Notes: generated from the letters alone by a model not told the origin. A DNA stretch of 64,000 nucleotides from an uncultured delta proteobacterium (GCA_963804955.1 CAWDSQ010000014.1:128001-192000); one strand, 5' to 3'. Shown: positions 44,078 to 56,561, numbered from the stretch's first letter. A program made the numbers and translations.

Positions 44078-47000
44078 CTACTCTCCGGGAAAACCTTCCG
44101 GACAGGTATCCGCGGATTTCTTCAAAGTTACGTTGCCTTTAACCTCCTGCTCTTTAACTATGAGCTGGCCCTCCCATTGATCCGTGGTGAGATTGTACTT
44201 CATGTCCGTCATGGTGAGATGGGCCGTTATCGCGCCAAGGGTCACCAGAATGGTCCCGTTCACCGAGCTTACCTCATCCACGGTAATATTGCTTGCGGCC
44301 GTAGCATCAGGGTCACTGGCAGCATCGGCGGCATCAGCAATTTTGCCGTTCATATGCTCATTGGTAGCCTCGATATCAATGCGCGCGGTACCGGTGACGA
44401 CAGTGCCCGACTGGTCAGCGCAAACCTTGAGAGCTGCGGCGATAAAGCCGAAATCGATAACGCCTTCATAATACCCGTCAAATTCGGCTTCGCCGAAGGT
44501 CGGGCAGTTTGCCGCATTTTTGTGATAGTAGTCTTCAACTTGCGCATAATGCCGCACGGCCATGCTGAAGCAGTACAGCGCCCTGGCAAGCCTGCCGCTG
44601 TCCCCGGCCTGCTTGCCCTTTTCAAAAGCGCTGTCGCCCAGTGACAGATCGCGGTTAATGCGTTTCTGATACTCATCGCAAATGCTATCGGCCATGACTG
44701 CTGCTTCAGCCTGCGCGACCTGCACTTCCCACAGTGCCGACTGATAGAGCATCTCTTCGGATGCTGCCAGCGCCCGTGTTGCAGCGCCTCTGCCGGCCTT
44801 GGCAATGGCCAGGGCCGAAAGCCTCAGCTGCCCGTCAAGATCGGTCTGCTCAAGAGCCTTTTTCATCATTCTTTTAGCTCTTCTATAGTGCCGCTTTTGC
44901 GCGCCGCTTGACGAGGCGATGGCCGAGGTGAGACCGGTGTCCATAGTCGGGGCGCATTTTTCATACGACAGGAGCCCGCGCTGGGTCGTAAGGGCAAGGG
45001 AAACGCCGGCAATTTCAAGAGTGCCTGCCGTCATCGTGCCCTTCAGGCCGCTGCCCGACTTTTTAAGATTGATTTCGCCGGTGCCGCCGGCATACACAAA
45101 CGTGCCCTTCACAAAACTTTCATTGTCGGCCGTCGAGGCGGTGACCGTGCCGTCAAGAACCGTAGCGCCATAGACGGTAAGCGTGCCGGTCACATTGTCA
45201 TGGGCCTGATAGAGATCGGCAACAATGCCGATGGTGCTGTTATCGGCTGCATCCAGACCGGTGCCGTACCAGATGCCGCTTGCCTGAGTTGCCGGCTTCT
45301 TCGGCACGGCAACTTTAAACGTGTATAAACCGCCGACACCGCTTGAAACATAGGCAATACCCTGGTCCGCTGCATAGGTGATTCTCAGGGGATCGATCAC
45401 GCTGAAGGACTCGTTGTCAAACTCCTGCGGACTGTCGGGCACCGCAATATCAAACAGGCGCACGGCCCCGGCCGTATCGGCCACGAGCAGATACCCGTCA
45501 AAGGCCTCGACAGCTCTCATCATGCCGGTTTTATGGCGCACGGTGATGGGATCAATGAAAGATGCATTGTCATAGGTTGGCAGATACAGGGGGTCGAAAT
45601 GTACCATATGCAGCACGTCGCTTGCGGGCAGATACATCCAGGTATCCCAGACCGCTATGTCAAGGACATTGCCCAGATCATAGCCCAGGGTATAGCTGGC
45701 GGCGATCTTCTGGGGAAAGCCGGGGTCTTGTATGTCAAGGGCCGTAAACCCTTTAAGCCCGTCTGCCACCATACTATAGCTTTCGCCCCATACAACCGGG
45801 GCATAGCAGATGCCGGCGGTGTTATAGCTGCCGAGCAGCTCAGGGTTGGCGGTATCAGAAACATCCACGATCGCCAGGCCTGCGGTCTGGCAGGCGACAA
45901 AGGCAAGATTCCCCTGCACCTGAACCGTGTAGGGCTGACCGGAGAGGGCTACTGACCCGAGAATGACCGGCGCCAGCGGGTCTGCGACATCCACGATTTC
46001 CAGCAGCCCGCCTTCCTCCCCTTCATGATTGGTCTGGGCGACATAGACGGTTGAGCCGGAAACGGCAAGGCCGTTGGCATAGCCCGACAGGGTCTTCTGC
46101 ACGACCTGCAGGGGCTGCAGCGGATTAGTCATGTCAAGAATCGCAAGGCCTTTGGTTCCCACGGCGGCATAGGCAAAATCGCCCGCGCCCTTGCAGTCGA
46201 CAACCCGGCCCATGGAGAGGATTTCGCCGACCTGCTGTATGGCATTAGAGCGGGTGTCAAAAATCCGTATGCCGTAATTTGAATTGGCAAGCGCCACATA
46301 GTTGCCGATTGTCGAAATGCCCAGGCTGTGCTGTCCGAGCAGAAAAGCCTGTACCTGTATCGGGTTTGCAGGATCGGTCACATCAATCTTGTAAAAATCC
46401 GCGAACTCGGTGCACAGATAGACATACCCGTCCTTTGCCTGCACAACCCCGATGACACCCTGATAATTATTATTCAGCGGCTCGCCGACAAGGGTAATAT
46501 TGTCAAAATCGGCTATGTTAAGGACTGCAAGGCCGGTGCCGCCGGCTGCCACATAGAGATAATCGCCGTCACGCGCTACGCCATAAGAATTGGCCCAGTG
46601 ATTGTGATAGAATCGAAATAATAAGCCACCGGCTCCAGCGTTTTGGTGGTGTTATCGATGCCGTCGAAAATGTACAAGCCGTCAGCCTCGCAGCTGAAAA
46701 AAAGCGTATTGCCGTCGATATAGGCGTCATAGGCATGGTGTTCGGGGTTCACAAAATCCGTAAATGACTGCACGATATTCGGGGATGAGGGGGTGGTCAC
46801 ATCAAGAACAAATAAGCCTGAATAATCGGCAACATACACATAGTTGCCATTGACCGCCACACCGAAGGTCTGGCCGATGGCGTCGGCCTTGTCGAAGTTC
46901 GTTACCGAAATGATCGCCGGCTTAGCCGGGTCGGCAACATTAACCGCCGCAAGGCCGCCGTAGGAGCAGGAGATATAGAGGATATCACCGCTTTGAGCTA

Positions 47001-47268
47001 TGCGGCGTGCTATGCCCGGAAGGGCAAGCGTGCCGATCTCAACAGGCGCGCTCATAGTGGAAATATCAGAAACAAAAAGTCTGCTGCCTGTGAGACTGAA
47101 CAGCAGAGGGTTTCTGTACTGAGAAGTTCCATCCTCGTCTATCAAGCCATACCGGGACGAGCCCCCAAGGCTATACTGAAAATCAACGGTCTGGGCAAAT
47201 GCCCCTGCCGTCATGCTGACTGCAAAAAGCAGAGCGAAGATGGTATAGTAAATGTTTTTTCTTTGCAT
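44078..47268 (-). CDS. Large secreted LVIVD-repeat beta-propeller protein (frameshift near 46570-46620)
   Basis: Signal peptide; repeated YAYVA...GL.IVDVSD.ANP units in two collinear ORFs. Confidence 0.8.
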
Positions 47269-47517
47269 AACATGCCCTCCTTGTGAACTGTTTTCTCTGA
47301 CTGTTTCTGTATGCTCAGGCTGAAGGGGAGCTCAAATCGACATACGATACGGCAGCACCCCACCGGCGCACACAGCCCTGTAAAAAAAGTTCAAAGCCCT
47401 CTGCATCTGCCGCGGCAGAAAGCTTTAATCACAGAAAAAATGTTTAGCTGAAGCGTCATGCTTCCGGCTCAACCGGACACTTTTTCCAATGGGCAATAAT
47501 TCGATAAATATTTTAAA

Positions 47518-47533
47518 TGCTTAAATCGTGCCA
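47518..47533 (-). promoter_or_regulatory. sigma54 -24/-12 promoter
   Basis: TGGCACGATTTAAGCA (GG-N10-GC) upstream of the LVIVD gene. Confidence 0.7.
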
Positions 47534-47637
47534 TGATGTCCCGCACTGGAATGGATAAAAAAACGTCTAATATTAAATAGTTAGAACCTCAGAACTGGAT
47601 ACTTCAGCCGCAACAACCCTCTTGCTACTAAACAATT

Positions 47638-47672
47638 TGTGCAGATATGCACAGAACGTGCAAATATGCACA
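47638..47672. promoter_or_regulatory. Tandem enhancer-binding-protein sites (UAS)
   Basis: TGTGCAGATATGCACA-gaa-CGTGCAAATATGCACA about 105 bp upstream of the sigma54 site. Confidence 0.65.
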
Positions 47673-47687
47673 GTGCACCTCCACCTA

Positions 47688-47730
47688 AAAAAACGGCAGG
47701 CTTCAGAATAACCCCTGAAGCCTGTCTTTT
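47688..47730. terminator. Intrinsic terminator after the DUF1329 gene
   Basis: GGCAGGCTTCAG...CTGAAGCCTGTC with A/T runs on both sides. Confidence 0.6.
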
Positions 47731-47755
47731 GTAGAAACGTTAAAAAAACGTCTGC

Positions 47756-49012
47756 TTAATAACCGTGCTTCTGCAGGTAATCAAGGGTGAACATAGTCTC
47801 CGGAAGATCTGCGCCGAACTTCAGTTCGGTGGTGCCGACCGTAGCAGTGAATGCGCTGAATATCGACGGTCTGGGTGCCGTTGAAATGAGGAACGACAAC
47901 TGCCATTATGCCCCTTGCCGACAAAGCCCAGCTGATCAATCCACTTCCAGAGCTTGCCCGAGCGGTCATAGCGGTCGGAGTACAGCATCTGCCAGGTTTC
48001 GGGATCAAGATACCAGACCATTTTGCTGTACAGAAAGTTGGGGTCTTTGCTGGTGGCCTCGACAACATGCATTTTCACGCGCTCGCGCTGCGTTCCGTCA
48101 AACAGGCAGTCGCCCGGCGTATGCACGAGCTTTTTGGTGTCGGTGTGGCGGCCCATGAGCATGTCTTTCTGGCCGAGATACTTATAGGTATTGACCTGCA
48201 CCGGGCCGTCCCATCCCATATTATCGAAGGCGCAGTAGTCGGCGCCGCCCTGGGCGTCCTGACGCTCCGAGGTCGAGCGGCGGCGTACGCGGCGGATGGA
48301 AGGCATCCAGAACCAGGAGTCATAGGCCTTGAGGGTATCCTTGTAGTGGATTTCCATGATGCGCATATTGCGGGTTTCCGGCGGCTGCAGCTGCAGCATG
48401 CTGAATGCACGCCATATCTGCTTGGGATTTTTCGTCAAACTCGGGCACCGGCGGCGTATCGGTGCGGCCGGAAAAAAAGCACAGGCTGTTTTTGATTTCG
48501 GAATTCATGTCATACTTCAGGCGACCGTCGACGATCCAGGCATTATCATGGTTCTTATAGGCGTCGCCGAATGCTGCGGGTGCGGAAATTATGGGCCATT
48601 TCTGTGGCATCCTTGGTGTCGGGAAACGGCACGCCGGAGACATAGCCCAAGAATCTCGCCGCTTGGGTCCGAGCTTTGCTCTGACCATAATACTTTTTGG
48701 TCATTTCAATATTGCCCGGCGTGGGGGAACCGGTTTGATAGGGAACGATTTCAAACCAGCTGTCGCCCCATTTGCCGGCATCCTTCATGGTGTTGTAAAA
48801 GCTTTCCGGCAGAAAGTCCTTCACCTCGTCAACATTGGCGCTGGTAATTTTCTTGCCGACCCACTTGGCTTCCCAGGCCTGAAGTTTTTTCAGCTCATCG
48901 CCCTGATAGCAGGCACAGGGTACTGCAGCTCTTTGGCCGAAGCTGTTGATGCAGCCATCAGCGCACAGGCGACTGCTCCCAGAACACACAGTGCGGAAAT
49001 TTTAAGTTTCAT
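47756..49012 (-). CDS. DUF1329-family periplasmic protein (LolA-like fold), multiple frameshifts
   Basis: ITSANVDEVKDFLP, GVPFP, WMPSIRRVRR, WYLDPETW..YDRSGKLWK; collinear fragments. Confidence 0.8.
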
Positions 49013-49028
49013 ATGCGTTCCTCCGTTA

Positions 49029-50596
49029 TTAGAATTCATAGGTGTATTCAAAGGTCCACGTATCTTTATGATTTACATTTGCCGGGTTATCTTTAAGCCC
49101 GAAATAATTAAGATACCGCACCAGAAAAGTGTGGCCGAAGTTGGGCTTGAAGCCGATAGCCGGAGCATAGTAGCCGCCGCCCTGATTGGTGTACCAGGCG
49201 CCGTAAAAACCCGGCAGGATGCGGCCGTTCCACAGTTCATAGCTCAGCTCCTGGGTGACAACCGTCCAGGACTTGTGATTTTTGCCGTACGTGACCCAGG
49301 GAAAATAAAAATCATTGCGGTGCTTCTCGGGCATGAACTCCATGAACAGCTGCGTTGTGGAGGACAGGTACTTGTTGCGCGCCCAGGGCGTGATATAGGG
49401 CAGAAAAATCTTGGTGGCCCATGAGGCGCAGAACGCATAGCGGTTCTGCTTGGTTATGCGCGACTTCAGACCGCCAAGCGCCAGCGCTTCAAGGCCCGGC
49501 TTGTTATGCTCCCAAATGGCCTCCAGCCGTGCAATATTGCCCGACATGGCAAGGCTGGTGCCCGGTATGATCGGGATGGTGATATCGACGGGCTTGTTCA
49601 CCGTAAAGCCCACGGTGTCCTGCCAGGGATACTTGTAGATATCCTTTCAGGGGATACAGGTTCAAACGCCGGGTCAGACCGGTGTTGCCCAGCGCCGGCC
49701 CCAATCCCTGTGCTAAGAGCACTGTTGGGACCCAGGACGCCATCGTCAACGCGATGGTGAAAGTACGACACGGTCCAGTCATAGCCTGCCAGAAATCCGC
49801 GGATGCGGCCGCCGAACTCCATTTTGTGCCAGCTGTCATCAGGTGCGTCGCGGTAATAGGCCTCAAACATTTCATTCGGATTAGCCAGAGCTGTTGTACG
49901 CTCTCGGATGCAGAAGGTGATAGCCCACGGGCCAGTTCACGGTGGGCTCGAAATCCGGAATCAGGAGCAGTTCATAGGTCATGTCCATGGGCTGATCGGG
50001 CGGGGTAAAAAAGAAACGGCCCATCCAGAGGCCCTGCTTGAGTTCGGCAAAATCCGGATAAGCGGGGTTCAAATTGCCGCGCAGGTCAACCGGGTTGATA
50101 TTATCAACCATGCGCTCAAAGCCCGTCTCGCCCCATGATCACGATCTGCTTGCCCAAACGCACCTGAAACATGGGCCCGTTCAATTCCGTATACAGCTCG
50201 CGGCAAATGTCCTTGAACTGGTTATACGTACGCAGCTCATCTATGGATTTGGATGAATCCTGGGCGGCATTTCTGAGCATACGCTTGTACTCGCCGTCGA
50301 CATCGTGGGCTGCATCATAGAATTCCTTCCAAACGCCGTAAAAATTAACCTGGTATTCAGGCCCCTCATAGGCATGCCACATGGTTTCGAGCTTCAGCGT
50401 GCTGCGGGCATTGAATATTTCATAATCGTAGTCCTCATAATGCTGCGTATCATTGGCGCGCATGAGCAGCTGCTCTGAAATCTTGCCGTGAATGACGACC
50501 TTGCCGTCAAACAAATCAATTGCGCTGGCCCTGCCCGGCAGCAGGCACAGGCCGGCGGCAAAACCCAGATAGCACCAAAACAAAATTTCTTTTCAT
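49029..50596 (-). CDS. DUF1302-family outer-membrane beta-barrel, multiple frameshifts
   Basis: RELY...VRLGKQIV.WGE, DNINPVDL, C-terminal YTYEF; directly upstream of DUF1329. Confidence 0.78.
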
Positions 50597-50645
50597 ACGG
50601 TCCTCCCTTTATGATTTTTATGCTTTTCTCCCCGTTCTTCAGCTG

Positions 50646-51096
50646 TTAATCAACCACGATCGTGCCATTGACATCGGGCAGATCCGTCTTCACGGCCGCT
50701 GTGGCTGCGCGGGCCGCGCTTGAGCACATAGTTGTAGGTCCCCTTCTCTATAAAGCACAGGCTTGCCACGGAGCTCGGCGGAATGCGGTCTGAAACAAAG
50801 GAGCCTTCTTCATCAACGATGAAATGCGTGGGGTTCTTGCAGGCAAGCGTTACCGCCTTGCCGGTAAACTGAATTTCAGCAATGCTGTCTGTACGGTTGA
50901 ACCAGATGACCGTGGTGCCGGGCTTGACCATGGCAAGCTTTGGATCAAGACCCGATATTTTATCCATTTGAATGACCTGATGGCCTTCAACTTTTTTCTC
51001 CGGCGCCACCTTGCCCTCGGTTTGAGCCTGCACGCTGCAGACTGCAAACAGCATCAGGCATACACAAACTGCTAGTGCTTTCATCACCTGTTTCAT
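50646..51096 (-). CDS. Secreted cupredoxin-fold-like protein lacking type-1 Cu ligands
   Basis: Signal peptide; VKPGTTVIWFN, F.EKGTYNY; C-terminal GTIVVD in a shifted frame. Confidence 0.55.
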
Positions 51097-51154
51097 GCAT
51101 TCCCTCCTTCTGTTATATGGGTTTATGAAAAAAAATTATTCTGTTGTATTGTCG

Positions 51155-52091
51155 CTAGCCATACCACCCGGTGCGCCAGAAGCCCTTATTGAAATACTCC
51201 GGAAAATCCTTCTTCCCAAACAGCAGCCTGCCGATCTTAACCGCGATATCTTCGGATTCGAACAAAGCCATGAATGAAGCCGTCGCAGTCGCCCTGCCCT
51301 CAACGGTGTCGCCAGCATCATCCTGCGTGGCATTGTCAAGAGCGGCGAAATAGGCGTCCTGATACAGCTTGAATGCCTCAAGCGCTGCGGCAGCATAGGC
51401 CTCGCGCGCAGTCTCATTATCCTCGGGAGCAGCAAGCTCAAGCCGGTAGGGTGATTTGTAGGGATTGAGATATTCGGTCAGGCCTCCGCGGTCGCCTGCG
51501 GGCGGCTCAGGAATCTGGTATCTGGCCACAAGAGCCATGGCCTGATTGATCTTCTCAAGCTGCTCTTCGCCGAAAAACTCGTCGACGTCGACGCTGGCAT
51601 TATCATAATTGTAAAAATCCATGCTGAATTCCTCGTCCGAGCCGGACATGGCCGCGCGGGCATCGCCATGCATGATCGGCGCGCCTATTTTTGCCGTGGG
51701 ACGAACGACAAAAGCGCAGTCCGTGTAATTGCCCGATTCGGGCGGCGCCTCGAACTGGCTGATAGAACCGACGGCTATCTTATCGCTTTCATATGACTGC
51801 AGATATACCTGCAGCTTGCTGCTGCCGAACACCAGGCGAATCAGGCCCCTGAGCCGCTTGACATACTCCGTACCGGGAGCGAAGATGTGCGGGCATATCT
51901 GTGCGCACAGTGGCGCCGGCATCGACAAGCTTGCCCTTCATATAGTCGCCCATGTTTTCGTACAGATCATAATCGGGCGCAGGGGGCTTGCAGGAAGGCA
52001 GCATCAGCAGGCATGCCAGAAGGGCAAGGGGAAGGAGCGTGAGGGAACATGTCGGTAACTTTTTTCCTGAACATTCATTCCGGTGAGCCAT
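51155..52091 (-). CDS. Lipoprotein with possible ferredoxin-dependent bilin reductase/RCCR-like fold (frameshift near 51885)
   Basis: LLMLPSC lipobox; FVVRP...APIMHGD...SMDFY, SPY, ED.AVKI.RLLFG..F.EYFNKGFW. Confidence 0.45.
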
Positions 52092-52712
52092 TGCGTGATC
52101 CTCCTGTTTTAGTTATTTTATATACAAAAAACCGAGTTGTTCACATCGAAAAAAAATACTTTAAAGCCGACGGGCAATTCCTTCAGTTAAAAAAAGCTAA
52201 TAAAAATTAGCACAATAAATTAAATATATGAAGCTAAAATTGTTTGTTTTACAAAACTTTTTTTGAAAAAAAACCCCTGAAAGACTGCGTCATCTGCCGG
52301 TTGAAACACCCGCAAAAAAGCTCCAGCAGGCGAGATTCAAAACAAACAAACCAAGACAAAAAATCCCCAGCAGAAGGATGTCTTTCACCTCTCCATCTCT
52401 ATAGTCTTTGCCATTTCGCAATTGTGCTTTATTCGTGTAGCTGTTTTTACGCCTGTATGCTGATTGAAATCTTTTTTTATTGCAGTCTTCCGCGACTCCC
52501 CAAGCCGATGCATGCAGCACAGGCTGCGTATGCCGTCCATATTCCGCGGGAAGATATTCCCAAACATCGGGTTTTTTACACAGCCCTTCTATAAAATTTT
52601 CACAATTGCGGCAAAGCCTGGCTGGGTTTTCGGTTCGATTATCCACATCTGTTCTTCCTTCAATTACATGTCCGGGCATTTCCGGTCAGACGCTCCCTGC
52701 CTCCGGATATTC

Positions 52713-52754
52713 GTATGGCGGGAAGGAAAACACCTGTCTTCCTTCCCGCCGTAC
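52713..52754. terminator. Strong hairpin downstream of the RND gene
   Basis: GTATGGCGGGAAGGAA...TTCCTTCCCGCCGTAC. Confidence 0.5.
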
Positions 52755-52790
52755 GGGGTCTCCTGGAGGAGGAGAGAGAAAAAAGCTGTA

Positions 52791-55196
52791 TCAGCTAACC
52801 GCCGGGGCCGCCTCAGCCGGCATCTCTTTGCCGTCAATCTTTTTTGTCAGAAACTTCGGCTTGAACATCAGGATCAGCACCGGCACAAAGAACACCGCGC
52901 CCAGGCAGTTGAAAAACAGAATGACCGCCAGCATGATGCCCATCTGGGCCTGAAATTTCAGCGGCGACAGGGCCCACACCAGCAGCCCCAGCACCAGGGT
53001 GCCGGCGATATAGATAATTGATTTTGAATAGCTCGTAATGGTGCGCAAGAGCGCGGTTTCCATGGATATGCCCGGAGCCCTGCTCTTCTCCTCAGCGCAG
53101 CGGGCAAGCAGGTAAATGCCGTAGTCGACTCCCATGCCGATGCCCGAGGCGGACACGGGCAGCGTTGAAATCGACAGGCCGATGCCGTTGATGGCCATAT
53201 AGGCGAATGCCATATAGTTTGACAGCAGCAGGGGAATGGTCAGTATCAGGCCTGCCTTGAGCGATTTAAACTCGATGGTCACGCAGATGAAGCACGCCCA
53301 GCAGCGCATAGATCAGGGTTTCAAGCTGCTTGCGCGCAACCATTTCATTGATGGCTGCCTCGGTGCCGATCACGCCGCCGCACAGCTTGTACTGAAAGCC
53401 TTCGGGCAGCTCTGGCGTATTTTTCTATATACTCCTTGGCCGCGGCAATGGCACTTCTGCAATGGTCGGGCCGGTTTTATCCATATAGTACAGGGCGATA
53501 TTGGTCTGCCGCAGCTTGGGGTCGAGATACTTGTTCATATCGCCGGGGTCGCCCGACTGGGTGAGGCCGATCGAGATAGGTATTGGCGGTTGCCGGGTCC
53601 TCGGACAGGCCCGCCCACTTGGGATCGTCTTCATGGAATTTCTGCGGCATGGCCATGAGCGGGCCGATGATATTCTGCGCGCCGACCGCGCCTGAATTGC
53701 GCATCATATGGGCCGTGAAATTTTTCATATCCCGCATGACTTCAAGGTTCGTGAGCGAGCGGACTTTTTCGCCCTCCAGCACTACATACAGCGGATTTAT
53801 CAGGGGCAGGTTCTGATTGATGCGCACGCTGTCCTGATTATAGCGCGACGAGGGGTACAGCAGGTTTGATCCCACCTGCGCATCGCCGATGATCATGGTT
53901 TCAGAATAATAATAGGACACCACCATCACCGCGGCAACGATGCCGAAAACCCACCACCGGCCATGGCCGATAATCCAGGGGCCCAGCCAGTCGGCAAATT
54001 TATTGGCAAAGCCCTGGCGCAGCTCGTCCTTTTTCTGCTCGCGCTCGATATGGGCAAGAAATTTTGCCGAGACCGGCACATAGGACATCAAAACCGGCGT
54101 CATGAGAAGGCCGATAATGACCGTGATAAAGGCCCAGAACGCGCCGGCGATGGCCATATGCTGCAGCATGGGCACGGGCGTGATGGCCACGATGGCGATG
54201 CCGAAAGCATCGGTAACAATGCTGGTAAGGCCCGGCAGGAACATCTGCGTGATGATGATGCGCACGCAGGCCTTCGGATCTCTGGTCTTTATATATTCTT
54301 CAAAATAGCGGTTGTACAGCTGATGGCTGTGCCTGAAGGCCATGAGCGAGATGAGAAAAGGCATGACGAAAATGAGGGGATCAAGATTATAGCCCATGAA
54401 AGCATAAAACCCCAGGCCCCAGACGCCCGACACCACTGCTGCAAGGGGCACGAAAATAGCTGCCATGATGGAGCGGTAGGCGATAAACAGCAGAATGGGG
54501 ATGAGTATGCCCGTGCCGATCATGATCTAGTTCATCATCTCTATATAGCTTGCCACCACGCCCAGATGCATGGGATGCCCCACGATGGATACGGTGGTGT
54601 TTTCGTCTTCGGTTTCCAGCCGCAGCCGGTCGAGCTCATTTTTTATTTTGGTATAATCAAGCTCCTCCTCGAAAAAGTCGGCAAATATGAGGCATTTTTT
54701 CGAGTCAAATGACACATAGGAGCCGTAATATGCTTCATTTGAGTAGATCGCCTCTTTGAGCTTTTTCATATCCTGCTCGGTCTTGGGAACCTCGGGCCAC
54801 ATGAGCGGCGTGGCCTCCATGCCCCAGGAGGTGATCTTGGGGTTTTTGATCTTGCGCGATGCCATGGAGATAATTTTATACCGGTCAACGCCCGGCACCT
54901 TTTCAAGCTCATTGGTGATATGGCGCACCTTTTCAAGAGTCTTGGTATTGAAAATATCGCCCTCTTTCACCGACACCATCATGACCAGGAAATTGGCGCC
55001 GCCGAAAGTTTCGCGAAATTCATTGTGTATTTTTATGTATTCATGATCCTGCGGCAGCAGTTCATTGAAGTTGGTGGAGATGGTGAGCTTGCGACATTTG
55101 CCAGCCGAAGGCAAGGGTAATAGCGCCGATGATGCACAGCACCAGCAGGCGATGCCTGATAACAAAATCGGCAAATTTTCCCATTATTTTATCCAT
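52791..55196 (-). CDS. RND/MMPL-family transporter, split by frameshifts
   Basis: FNELLPQDHEYIKIHNEFRETFGGAN, TDAFG, GIGMGVDYGIY, SPLKFQAQMG; collinear pieces. Confidence 0.85.
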
Positions 55197-55221
55197 GATA
55201 GTCCTCTCGTTTTCTCAAACT

Positions 55222-56285
55222 TTAGTTCTTTGCCACCGGTATGCCCGACAGCATGGTCCAGGTGCGCGCACCGTCGGCAGTCTTTAATATCGTGCCGCGC
55301 GCCCCGACGGCAAAGCCGTTTGCTGCATCGGCCATGTCCATATCACGAAGCCATGACTTTGTAGTCTCCGAGCTCACTGTCATCTGCCAGGTCGCGCCGC
55401 CGTCGGCGGAAACAAGCGACATGCCCTTCTGTCCCGCCACAAGGCAGGTTGTGGAGCTGCACTTGATTTTATACAGGGTCACCTTGCTTGGCTCGGCGGG
55501 GTTTTTGACCTTTTTCCAGGTTGTTCCGCCGTCAGCCGTTGAAATAATCGTTCCGTCCATGCCGCAGGCAAGCCCGTTTCTGGTCATCGCTGAAATGCAC
55601 GCCATACAGCGACGGCGCGAATGCTTCCCATTCGGATTCGCTCACCACGGGAATAATATCCTTGCACTCCTGCTTCTGCCAGGTCGTGCCGCCGTCAGCC
55701 GTTGCCTAGAATGGTGCCGTATTCTCCCACAACACAGCCGTGCTGCGCGTCGGCAAAAAACACATCATTATAGATCTTATCTTCGCCGGCGCCCTGCTTC
55801 TGCCAGGTCGCGCCCGCCATCGGCCGTTGCCAGAATGGTGCCGAAATCGCCCACTGCCCAGCCATGGCGCGCATCGACAAAGGACACGGCAAACAGATGG
55901 TTCGCATCGCCCGATATTCCTGCTTAACCCAGGTTGTTCCGCCGTCGGCAGTATGCAGGATGGTTCCGGCTCGACCCACGGCCCAGCCGGTTGCAGGATT
56001 TACAAAAACTATATCGCACAGGCTGTTGGCAACGGGGCTTTTCTGCGGCGTCCAGGTCGCGCCGCCATCAGCGCTATGGACAATAGCCGAATCAAAGCCG
56101 ACAATCCAGATATGCTGCGGATCAAGGCTCACGATACCCAACAGGTGATTGGGGGTTACAAGGTTGAAAGGCGGTTTGGCCGGCGCCGGTTTAGTATCTT
56201 TCTTGCAGGCGGCAAGCCCAAGGCAGCAGACGGCTGCGATGAGAAGCACTGCCGAAATCTTACGGTCTGGGAAATATATTTTCAT
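55222..56285 (-). CDS. YCF48-like (BNR-repeat) beta-propeller lipoprotein, frameshifted
   Basis: LAAC lipobox; repeated GWAVG..GTIL.TADGG.TW. Confidence 0.85.
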
Positions 56286-56355
56286 AGTTGTATCCTTTCC
56301 TGCTTTTTCTGCTGTATGCTTTGTAGCTGCGCCTGACCAGGCTGCAACTCTTTTT

Positions 56356-56371
56356 TGCAGGAACCATGCCA
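56356..56371 (-). promoter_or_regulatory. sigma54 -24/-12 promoter
   Basis: TGGCATGGTTCCTGCA (GG-N10-GC) about 70 bp before the YCF48 ATG. Confidence 0.72.
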
Positions 56372-56471
56372 CTGTTTTCGGACAATAGGGCAAAAACTAA
56401 AATACAAAGCAAAATAAGGTGGTTAAGGTTTTCAAAGCCTGCCTCGGCCCTGTGCCTGCACATGCCCAGGC

Positions 56472-56506
56472 TGTGCACATCTGCACAAAACTTGCAAATT
56501 CGCACA
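56472..56506. promoter_or_regulatory. Tandem enhancer-binding-protein sites (UAS)
   Basis: TGTGCACATCTGCACA-aaa-CTTGCAAATTCGCACA about 101 bp upstream of the sigma54 site. Confidence 0.62.
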
Positions 56507-56561
56507 ACTTCCTTTATAGGTGGTATGAGAAACTATCTACATATAGACATAGGAGCATATC

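Noticed and set aside
52290..52679. ORF with CxxC and a hydrophobic tail
   Set aside because: No recognisable family, and the frame is uncertain in an error-rich region.
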